64,000 nt of DNA from Camelus ferus (lineage: Eukaryota). The stretch spans positions 17,856,001 through 17,920,000 of the forward strand of contig NC_045707.1 of assembly GCF_009834535.1 (NCBI RefSeq). Reading direction: 5' to 3'. The translations under genes and the position numbers were made by a program. The notes below the pieces were generated by a model. The model worked only from the letters and a program-made list of their open reading frames with translations, searched no databases and was not told the origin of the DNA. Positions 10,938 to 41,500 of the stretch are shown piece by piece. The first letter of the stretch is position 1. The number at the start of each line of letters is the position of its first letter.

Positions 10938-11133
10938 GAGAGGCAGCAGAGGGAAATGGTTAAGAGCATGGAGCCAGAGCCCGACTGCCTGGGTCCAAAT
11001 TTATGCCTCAGTTTCCTTATCTATAAAATGGGGGTGATGGTATAGTTTCTACCCATAGGGCTCTTGTGAGAATTCAGTTAAGTGCTCAGAACAGCACTTG
11101 GCCCACAGTGTAAGCACTACATAAGTGTTTGCT
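10938..11133 (+). mobile_element. MIR SINE
   Basis: ggttaagagcatgg...gcctcagtttccttatctataaaatgggg...aagcactacataagtgtt. Confidence 0.75.
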
Positions 11134-11924
11134 TTCATATTTTATTTTTTAACTTTTTCAATCCAGCTGAGCCTAGTCAGATGTGGGTGGATGAGTGGAT
11201 GGGGCTGTAACGGGGTGTAGAACTTTCCAATGCGTCCCAGTGGATGGGTGATTCCCAGCAGTGTTTATCCTTGGTCCAGGCCCAGAAAGCAGTGTCAAGC
11301 TATCTGAGAGGCCTTCTACTTTGGGGTATGTGCACAGCTGAGGAGGGTGTCAGTATGTTCCACTTGAACTCATTTCCTCTTCCTCAAGTGGGAAGGTCAG
11401 CTTGGTGTCAGACTTGATACACACCACCATCTTTCACTAAGAGGCTCCTGATTTTCTGCCTTTCCATCCAGCTGGATACAGGATTATTTTATTTGGAGCT
11501 TTTAAGTGATCCTGAGAAGAGAAACAGCCCAAGGAACCAGGAACCAATGGACAAGAAGGCAGGAGGAGTGGGGCATGAGCACCGTCCTGGGTTCTGAGGC
11601 TGGAGGATGACCTCTTCCTGGAAATTCAGTCCCTGCTCAGGGAGGAGAGAGGGCTGAGCCCAGCTAATGGCCATGACCCTTTGGCTGGGTCTAGGTTCCC
11701 CAACACTCTTCCCCTAACCCCAGTCCTGTGGTTCTCCCTGTCCCTTTTATGATTTTTTGCCACCACTTCCTCACAGAACCACAGAATAGAATTGTAAGGC
11801 AAACAAAAGTTTGTCATGCTTGGGATTAGACCTGATGTTATAAAAACACTGCACATTTGCTTTAAGTTTTTTTTTTAACAGTAAAGTTATGTGGGCTCAT
11901 TATAAAATAGTCAAATGCAAATAC

Positions 11925-12080
11925 AGAAATACATATTTACATATAAATACATATTTAATATAAATATGTGAATATATGTGTTTATATAATGTTACATTAA
12001 AATACATATATTTACATTTATATAGAAATATATTACAAACATAAATACATATATGCCTATAGAAATATAAAACATAAAAA
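11925..12080. repeat. AT-rich, (TA)n-derived low-complexity tract
   Basis: Repeated atacatat/ataaata units. Confidence 0.8.
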
Positions 12081-13659
12081 AGGCTCCCTTAAGCCTGCTC
12101 TGTATACCACTGTTAAATGTTTGTAGTTTGGTGCATAGATTTAATATTTTTTAATAAAAATTGAATCATACCATTCATGCTGTTCTGTAACTTGGTTTTT
12201 TTTTTGTTTGTTTTACACAACAGTGTATCTTGTTTTTTCTCTTTTTAAAACAAAATTCACATGAGGACTATAACAATCATTCATGTATCTCTGACATCTT
12301 TATATGCCAGTACATATATGACATGCTTTGTTAGGCTGCAAAGTATTCTTAGGGCCTTTGGAAAGCATGGCAAGGCTGCTCTATTTGAGGCTGGCAGAAC
12401 CCCTGGGAGGGAGTGATGTTATTGTCCCATTTCACAGATTAATAATAAATTGAACTGGGGCTAGAACCTGGTTCCTCTGTCCAGACTCAAGTTAAAAGCT
12501 TTTTCCACCATCTGCTGCCCTCTCTTTATAAACATCAGGGATTCAGGTGACACTGAATTATACACTTCAACTTATATGATTGGGCATATATATTCAACTG
12601 TGTGATTGGTCAGCACTTAAGTGGTGTCTAAAGAACTGCCTACTTGTTGTGAGAAGTAGAAGAGGCATAAAAACCCTGAGGAATTTAGAGTCAAGTAGAT
12701 AATAATACAAATACATAGGAAAAAAAGCCCTAGAACACTTGTTACACATTATGTAAATGAGCACTGACTGCTAAGGTGTAAACAAGAGGAAATGAGCACT
12801 GAGAGAATGGATGTATCTCATTGATCATTTATGAACACCTCCTCTCTGCTGGGTCCCTTACCTTAGAAGGGTTAAGTACGTAATGTTTCTAACACACATT
12901 TAGCCCCTGCAGTAATATTACCATTCCAAAGCTGAGACCCTTTGGAGATACTGTTCTTGGGTTTGTTTGTTTTAAATAGTCTTCCCTGCTAGATTCTCAG
13001 CTCCTAAAAGAGGTTGATGATGAAGAAGAAAGAATAATAGAGAAGGATGAGTTCCCCAACAGAATTCATCAAGAAAAAGCCAACTGGAAGACGCAGAGTT
13101 TTAAACAGAATTCTTTGGTGGAGGGAGGGAAAAGAAGCAGAGCCTAGTGAATTCTTATGTTTGGGGAAGTAGTTAGTATAAGCCATTAAAAACTGTGAAC
13201 TATCCCAGTGACGGAGTTTTCCTAGTTCTCCCCCTCGTCATTCACAGCCCCCACCCACCCCACCCCTCTATCCCCCATTCCCCATGGAAAAGATCCTCTG
13301 TCTTCCTCAACACAACTGATGGGAGGAGCAAGACTGGAAGGCAGAGAGCTGGAAGTCGCCACAGTATTCTTGTCAGTGCCCCCAGAAAACTCTATTTTTA
13401 AAAGAGTTACGTGAAAGGCTACGCCCTTTTCCTCTAGTAACCCAAACCGCGAGTTTCCAAGTAAGTTCTTTTTGTTGTCTAGCTTATTTCTCTTCCCGGG
13501 AAATTTAAACGCTTTTGGAACTCTGAAGATAAAGGGGAGGAGAAGGAGGCAGGGGCTGGCCTTCACGACAGCAACTAAGCGACGGGCAGCCCTACCTAAA
13601 AAGAGCGGGTGAACCCGCGCCCCCAAGAGGCCTTAACGCCCTGGGCAGCAAGACCCCGC

Positions 13660-13790
13660 CCGCCGGCATCACGTGACGGTGCGGGTAAACTACAACTCCC
13701 AGCGCGCTGCGCGGCCCGCCGGCGTACGCAGCTGTCTCTGATTGGTTGCTGGGGATATTTGAAAGGAGGGGCTGGCGCGGAAAACGTAGG
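13660..13790 (+). promoter_or_regulatory. ESPL1 promoter with cell-cycle-type architecture
   Basis: TCACGTGA 13669-13676; ACTACAACTCCCAG (ZNF143/THAP11-type) 13689-13702; inverted CCAAT 13741-13745; CHR TTTGAA 13758-13763; E2F-like TGGCGCGGAAAA 13773-13784. Non-coding exon 1 ends at 13827 (GTAAGT donor). Confidence 0.8.
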
Positions 13791-14258
13791 CTACATTTTG
13801 GATTCTTACGGAGTACTCAGTCAAGTGGTAAGTCCTGGCTCTGGGGAGGCGGGCGATCTTTGGGACCATAAGGCCTGGAGGTACTCTTGAGCGTGTGTAT
13901 GCGCAGAGGTGAATGGGGCTCCGGTGCTAACTTGAGGGAGAGGCCAGGAGGCTCTACGAGAGAGGGTGGAGAGACCTCGGGAAGTCCGGGTGGGCACTGA
14001 AGAGCTCGGTGGAGGCCTCTGGTGCGGGGCGTAGGTTGTTGGGATGGGTAGTGAGGCCGGGGTTCGGTGGGAGAAAAGAAATGCGGAAGCCTCGGTTTAT
14101 AACAGAAGCCCGGCGTCCTGTCATGAGCTTTTTTCCAATAGGATTTCTGATGGGATTCTTTACCCCTGCCTTCCGGGGCCTTCAAGCCCTTCTCCCATCC
14201 TTCATTTAGTTCCGTTACAATCTTCTCCGCTTTCCCTAATCCGTCTCCTTCTCCCTAG

Positions 14259-33971
<19,713 letters not shown>

Positions 33972-34043
33972 CCCCCTGGAGGACTCCTGTTGCTGTCAGA
34001 AGCCATGGGACTGTTCTACCTCCAAACTCAACTTGGCCCTTAG

Positions 34044-34049
34044 AATAAA
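34044..34049 (+). terminator. ESPL1 poly(A) signal
   Basis: AATAAA 73 nt after the stop; a second copy at about 34093. Confidence 0.75.
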
Positions 34050-35151
34050 TATTTTAATTAATTTTCCCCAGTGTTTTATATGAAACATTTCATTTTGATT
34101 CAATCTTAATATAATAAAGATATATCACTTAAAAACCCGTTTTTTTTTTTCTTTCTTATTTTGTTTGTAAAACTGTTTTATGTAGTTCTTCTGAGAACAT
34201 TTGAAGACAAGACTATTGCCCCCTTCCCATGATGTGGTACTATAAATAAATAACAGCTTGCAGGAATTCAAGTCTGAGTGTGTCTGCCTGGCTTGGCCTC
34301 AACAAAGCTGAAAGAGAGAAGTAACAAAATGTTCTATGTGGGGAAGGGGGCCCAAAGAAAGGTACAGATAGACCCATTGGGAGTGTCTTGGCCAGGTGCC
34401 CTCATGTCTATCCTGTCTCCCTGCCCTTGGATATCCTGGGAGTTGACACTAGCTTTAATGCTTTCCAAGTGGGTGTTAGAGTCGGCTCCCCTCCCCAGCA
34501 TACAGCGGTTAGACTTGTCAGTGCTCTGCACCTTAGCAGCAGATTCTGGGGGTTTCTGCGGCTTATGTATATATATTTTCTCCCCAACTAGATTGTTAAG
34601 CTGGGAAGCACATATCTTACACTCTTACATATCGTTCACTTCTAGCACGAGGTAAAACACTGTATTAATAAACCTAATGCTGTACTTGTTGGTTGACAAC
34701 GCGCCTCCTTCATGTTCTCTCCACCGCCAGACTCCCGCTTCATCTGCCTGAAGCACCCCTTTCACAAGGCTTCTCCCCGGACCCGACCCGGAAAACTTCA
34801 CAAGCCCCTTCTGTGTCTTTTATCACTAGGTTTATACCACTCACGTGGAGTAACATACATTGCTTTACAAACACTGTGGTTATGGCCTGAATACTTTTAA
34901 GATTCTTAAGTTCCTTGAGCACAGGACTACGCTAGGCTTGGGATGTTTTGTTAAAAAGAAAACGCCAATATCCTTTCTATTCCAAGGCGAGTCACAAGAG
35001 AAGATTCAGCTCGATCTCCTGCTCCGGAACGGAGGACCATAGAGATGTCTGGCGCTGCGAGGCCTCCCCGCGCAGCCACCGAGATGCGCAGGGGACGGCT
35101 AGAGCGTTACTCTCCCGGCTGGCTTCCGTTTCCTTAGTCCTCCTACCCAAC

Positions 35152-38127
35152 ATGGCGCAGTCGGTTAACATCAGCGAGCTGAATCTGCCGCAGCTAGAAA
35201 TGCTCAAGAATCAGCTGGACCAGGTGGGGATGGGCTCCACAGACACCCCTTTTCTGCCTCACTACCTTCCTTCCCACGAGTACTCTTTCGCTCCCCATTC
35301 CGCCCCACTTGGAGAGGCCTCCCTTTCCAGGTGAAGGACCCGCCCCTTCTCCGGCCGTGCCCCCCTCTCCCGCCATTCCCCACACTGACCCTCATTCCCC
35401 TCCTCTGTAGGAAGTGGAGTTCTTGTCCACGTCCATTGCCCAGCTCAAGGTGGTACAGACCAAGTACGTGGAAGCCAAGGACTGTCTGAACGTGCTGAAC
35501 AAGAGCAACGAGGGTATGGGGTAGGCGCGTGAAAGCAACCTGGGGCATGTGGTGACCCGGCTTCTCTCGTCCTGCCTCCTAGTCCAGTTTTCCTTACCTT
35601 AGACTAGAGAACTATTGCATACCACTGCAGGAACCCTTTGCATGTTGCATATCTAGAATTGAAATGTACAGGACATTACAGCTCCTATTGTCCCTGTTTC
35701 GGTCCTTTTCGTACAGTCTCTGGGCGCTGTGCTGTATTGAAACTCACTTTAACGTCTAAAAGTTGGAGCTGCCAACCTTCCCCACATGTTTGTTTTAATT
35801 GCTTTCACAGGAAAAGAATTACTCGTCCCACTGACGAGTTCTGTATCCTTTCCACAGGAACCGCTACCTTGCTCTCTCCTTTTCTCTCATTCCTACCCTG
35901 CAAAATGGAGCGGAAGGTTTTGATTACTCCAGAGTACCCCGATGATTCAGAGAATACCTTTATTATACACACTTGGTTGTTCTTTTGTCTAACCTGGGGT
36001 CAGCATCCAGCTAATGCCTTGTGAGCACCAAGGTGTATGTAGAATTGAGGTCTGATTATTTCTCTTTGCTGTGTGAGGATATAACCTAATAGGGAGATAA
36101 AACTGGTGGTTTACACTTTTACTAATGACTTAGAAAACAAACAACAGAAGAATAGAGGATATAGAAACAAAGGGATTGGCTCCGTTTATTAATCCTCAAT
36201 TTCAGTTTAATTGTGGCTCTTATTCCTAAACTGTTGTTACTAAGAAACCTGGAGTGTGTCCACCTGTTGAATGTTTTATTTGAATGAGCAACTTATGACA
36301 GTAGGGCATCTGTAAACTACCTGAGAACTGACAGGCTGAAAAGGGAACACAGGAATAACAGCATAGTAGGGATTGCTTAAATAATGAATATTAAATCCAT
36401 CAGAATTAGCTGGTTGATGGTTGGGGGTGTTAAAGGGGAGGTGAGGCCAGTTTTTCGCTTTTACTACTCAACAGCAGCAGGAAAAAACCATTCTATCTAG
36501 TTTTTCTGGAAGGGCTAATGGGGATTGTAAGAACTGCTTGGAGGGAGGCAGATGGATCAGGGCAAGAGAGAATGCCAGCATATGTGATTTTCTCCATAAG
36601 GAACCGACTTTCCCGTCTCTCCCCATTTGGATTTTGTAGACTTTCAGATTATTCAGTCCCTGTGCCTTTTTAGGAAAGGAGGGTCTTGGGAAGTCAAGCT
36701 TCTAGCTTCAGGGATTCATGACTTTTGCTGGGCTAGTTTTCCCTTAATCCTTGATTCTCAGATGTATGTCCCTGGGAAGCTACATGATGTGGAACATGTG
36801 CTCATCGATGTGGGAACTGGCTACTATGTAGAGAAGGTGAGTGGAAGAAAGCACATTGATGCCACTTTGAGGAGGTAAAGGGAGTTTAGGGGGAGATCTG
36901 GAGTGCAAAATGCAGGCTTCTCTTAGCCCCTCATTCACTGCTGACCTTGCAGACAGCTGAAGATGCCAAGGACTTCTTCAAGAGGAAGATAGACTTCCTT
37001 ACCAAGCAAATGGAGAAAATCCAGCCAGCTCTGCAAGAGAAGCATGCCATGAAACAGGGTAGGCTTGGCTTTGGGCACCTCTTCACCCTTTCTGCCTCCA
37101 TAATAAAGAACATGGATTGTAGTGTGAGCCATGGGGGTGTCGCCTTTGCTGGATTAAAACCATGTTTTTCTCTCTGCTGTCTTCATGTATTACTCTTTAG
37201 ATGCTGTGCATTACATACCCACTATTTGTAGGTTCCTGGGTAGGGTTCTTGCAAAATTTAGAGGAAGAAAATCATGTCTGTGTTCTCTTGTCTGAGTTCC
37301 TATTTAATGTGGATGGAATGAGGGAGAAGATGCATGTAAATGAACACACAGGAAAGAAATATAGTCCTAACTAACTAGCTAACTACTAGCAATTACAGCC
37401 CTGGCTGCACGTTAGAATCACCTGGGGAGTTTAAAAAGAAAACCTGGGCCCACTCCAAACCGACTACATTTGACCCTTGAGCAGCGTATGGGTTAGGGGT
37501 GCTGACCCTACGTGAAGTGGAAGAAAATCTATACATAACTTATAGTTAGCCCTCTGTATCCTCAGTTCCACGTTTATGGATTCAACCAACCATTGATCAT
37601 GTAGTACTGTAGTATTTACTGTTCAAAAAAATCCATGTATAAGTGGTCTTGCACAGTTCAACCCCGTCTTGTTCAAGGGTCAGTTGTAAATCAAGGGCGT
37701 GGGGGCGGAGGAATTCCAAGAATGTTTTTTAAAAAGTTTCCTAGGTGATTCTGTTATACAGTCAGAATTGAGAACTACTGTTCTAAAGTCAAAAATCTTT
37801 TCACGTTATAATTTTCTGGTTATATCTGACTCATTTAATACAGTATTTTGTTCAATTTTGTATTTGTTACCATATTTACTGACACGTTGTAGACTCTAAA
37901 TTTGTGGTGTGCCCTCCACAGTGGATCACTATGTTAAAAGTTTTAACTGTAGTTGGTTGGTTACCTGTACTTAAACTTCCCTGTAACTTTTCCTTAGCTC
38001 TGGCATCTCCTCTTTAGCTCCTGACCAGGGTCTGACGTTTTTCCCCACAGCTGTCATGGAGATGATGAGCCAGAAGATTCAGCAGCTCACAGCCCTGGGA
38101 GCAGCTCAGGCTACTGCCAAAGCCTGA
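35152..38127 (+). CDS. PFDN5: Prefoldin subunit 5 (MM-1), 154 aa, 6 coding exons
   Basis: Exons 35152-35223, 35411-35513, 35811-35842, 36762-36836, 36953-37058, 38051-38127 total 465 nt. [24 protein letters not shown]...GAAQATAKA*. Confidence 0.98.
35843..36761 (+). other. U12-type (minor spliceosome) GT-AG intron of PFDN5
   Basis: 5' site GTATCCTTT; branch-like TTCCCTTAAT at about 36739-36748, close to the terminal AG; no long polypyrimidine tract. Confidence 0.9.
37400..37790. mobile_element. MER5-like hAT MITE interrupted by a nested element
   Basis: ctggctgcacgttagaatcacctggggag on the left and ggtgattctg...gagaactactg on the right. Confidence 0.7.
37467..37686. mobile_element. Tigger2/MER8-like Tc1-mariner MITE
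   Basis: Imperfect TIRs CATTTGACCCTTGAGCA and TGTTCAAGGGTCAGTTG, flanked by TA at 37465-37466 and 37687-37688. Confidence 0.8.
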
Positions 38128-38224
38128 GAGCCTTGTTTCAGAAATGTGGCCCTCTTCAGGGGTCTGGGACTTTGTGGGCTTGGTTCCTGAAACGGGGGTA
38201 GAGAAGGGTCTTATGTTTAATGCT

Positions 38225-38230
38225 AATAAA
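38225..38230 (+). terminator. PFDN5 poly(A) signal
   Basis: AATAAA about 100 nt after the stop. Confidence 0.8.
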
Positions 38231-38547
38231 TGTGCCAGCTGGGCAACTCTGCACCGGGCAACACTCGTTGGTCTTTTCTTGCATTAAGTAAAGGACTGGT
38301 AATGAAATGGGAGGGCGGCGGTCGAGAGGGTGCGCCCTTCCCCGGAGCCTGATAAGCAGGGTGATGCAGTGCTCTTCTTGGAGGCTCCGCCCGTGGCCTT
38401 TCGAGGAGATGGAGTCAAAATTCTGCGCGTGGCTGCTGCTGCTTCTTGCGGGGCCAGTTGCCATGGGAACGGCTGGCAAGCGGAAGTGGGCCTTGCGGAC
38501 GCTTCTTCTTCCGGGTCGGCGTTCTATCTTTCCTCCGGGGCACCTGC

Positions 38548-41500
38548 ATGGGCTACCGTTTTCTGCGCGGTCTTCCTCTGCTGCTGCCGCCGCCGCCACC
38601 CCTCTGGGCCCCGCGCCCCACGCTCAGCCTGGAGTCAGTCCCACCCTCCAAGCGATCCCGGAGCCACCTCATGGCCCCAGCCCGAATCGGGACGCACAAC
38701 GGCACCTTCCACTGCGATGAAGCGCTGGCGTGCGTGTTGCTTCGCCTCCTGCCTGAATACCGGGTACGGTCCGCGCAGACTGACCCATGGGCTGCCGGCG
38801 AGTCTCTGGGACGGACCGCGTGCCCCTCATGGGTTCCTGTGGTAGCTCAGACGGCCAGGGGACCCGTCCTCACCTCCGCGGCTCCCCGGAAGCCCAACAT
38901 TAATCCTCGACCCGCGCGACCCCGGCAGCCCCCTCACCTCGTCTTTCCCCTGCAGGATGCAGAGATTGTGCGGACCCGGGACCCCGAGAAACTAGCTTCT
39001 TGTGACATCGTGGTAGATGTGGGTGGCGAGTACGACCCTCAGAGACACCGCTATGACCATCACCAGAGGTGAGTTCCCACATACCATGTTTCTTTAGCTT
39101 CCTTGATTTTAGCTTTCCTCAGTGCTCCAGTCCACCGTCGTGGTCCGTGTCAGCGAAGGGAACCGCCTCATGCTGGAAGGCAAACTCTTGTGTCCCACGG
39201 AGTACTGTCTTCCATCATTTCAGCTCTCTGCCTGCTTGCTCTGCACCCATCTACCTGGCCTGGGGACTCCCGGAGCCCTCGCATCTGCCCAAGTCTCCCT
39301 TGGCCCTCGTCAGTCCCCTGGCCCCTCCCGACTCATCTCTTTCTTCGGCTCAGTTAGGCTTTTCTTCCCCCAACTCCGTCATCACTCCACTGAATACCCC
39401 AGCTGAGTTTAATGCATTCATATGCCCTTATTGCCCACCTCAGATTGCTGGACCTCTATGATTGTGGTGGGTGGCGACAGTTCAGAAATATGTTGTCTTC
39501 CACATCATTTACGCTCTTTCAATGGGAAATCGTTCTTGTCCCAGGGTAGCCCGTTATCCCCAGTACTATTCTAATCCTTTTCCCCTCTCCTCAAGTCTGC
39601 CTCATCAAACTTCCTCAGTGAATGACCCTGCCTCTTTCCTTCAAAAGGAAATTTAGCTTTTCCTGTGCACACACGTCCTCACTTTCCCACTCCTGAACAT
39701 GTCAGCTTTATCCTTCAAATTCAGGAAACATTGTTTTCTTCTCTTTGCCCCTTTTCCAGTTTATTACTTTCTACCCTGGGACTTCACCTCACAGTTCTCC
39801 CCGCCAGTACATCTACTTCCTTCCTACAGCAAGAAACTCTGCTTGGGCATCTCCCATCTTGAAAACAAAGGCATGAATAAAAACAAAACCCTCCCACAGG
39901 TACACCACACTTTTTGAAGTTGTTATATCTAAGGGGTCATGAAATTTTATTTTGTTCTAAGTCTTTTAAGTATTTCTCACCACCTCTGTCCTTCCCTCCC
40001 TCTCTTTTTTGTTGAAACATACATACTACTTTCATAATGATACCGGGAGGGAATGCTCCCAGTATTTACAGCCTGATCTCTCACCCTCACTTCTCAGGCA
40101 CTCTTTCCTGGCCCCACATCCCTTCCAATTCATTCCATTCATTCGTTCGTTCATTCAGCCGGTTCTGTCCCAATCTCTCCACTGGAAATGCTTGTGGAAA
40201 GGGCACCAGTGACCTCAACACCAAATTCAGGTTGCTGGCTGAGGGTCTCACCTTACTGACCTCTTTGTGGCACTTGGCATTATTGACTACTTCCTTTTTT
40301 ATAATGACTTTATATACTTTAAAAAACTATGCAGGATTTGACATGTAAAAAAATACATTTAACATTTCTGGAATATAGAACATAAAATGAACACCCATGA
40401 ACCAATCTCCCAACTTAGGAACTAGATCATTACCATTACCTTTGTGTCTTTACCTGTGGGCCTCTTCCCTGTCCCATCCCGCTACCTCCGCCAGGAGTAA
40501 GCAGCAGCCTGAATTTTGTGTTCATCATGCCCTTGTTCTTGGGTGCAGTTGAGCACGTTATGTGTATCTGTTTGCGTCAACTATTTAGTTTTGCTTCTTT
40601 CTGAATCTTTTCTGGAGGGTAATTGTTATTAGTCTTTATACCTTATGAATATTTTATATTTTTGTATTTATTCCATATTTAATAATAAAAATCATTAGAA
40701 CAATAAATGAGCTCCCTTGGTGATTCTGATGGACTGATATTTAGAAATTACAGCTGTAGTTTCTACTGCCCTAACAACTGTCATTCCTTTCCCTGCCCTC
40801 TGTCCCACTGCTATTCAAAGCCCTGCCTTCCTCCCTCACCCGACCCCTGCAGGTAAACGTGCATCTCTTCTCTGTGCTGGCTGGCACGGTGCTCTTCCTG
40901 ACATGCACTGGCCTGCTTACACTCTCTCGGTGGCACCCCATGATCTACAGATAAAGTCCAAACTCCAACAAGGCCTGCTGTGGTCCAGCTTTATCTTTTG
41001 CCACTCATTCCTCAACCTAAACTGCCTTTCTTGCAGTTCCAGGAAGAGACCTGTCTCTTAGCCCTTGGACATGTTCCCTTTACGTGGATTGCTTTTTCTC
41101 CTTTACCCTTTGTCTGTTTGATGAACACCCACTAATTCGCCTTTCAGGAGTGACCTGAATCCTTTCCTTCCCCTCCCCTTTTCTTTGTTTATAACTAGAG
41201 CATTTGCTTGGTTGTTTGTGTGGGTGTCTTTAGGTGGATAAACTTGAAGGCAGGGACAGGGTCTTAGTTTTTCCATCTGTAACAGCACAACACAAAGCCT
41301 GGCGTGTGGTAAGCATTGAGTTTACCATTGCCGAACGAATGCATGACTGGAGTCTTCAAACTGGGGTCCCTGTAGGCCCCTGAGGACAAGCCAAAACCTT
41401 GCCAGCAGAGCTTTCTCCCAGCTCCCAAGGTATTCCCCCTTCTCCCCACCCCACTGTGCCTGCACGTGCGCACACACTGCAGGTTAATTGGGGCGACTCT

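Noticed and set aside
38446-38547. N-terminal extension of MYG1 suggested by the ORF track
   Set aside because: It starts at a non-ATG codon in promoter sequence. The recognisable N-terminus begins at ATG 38548.
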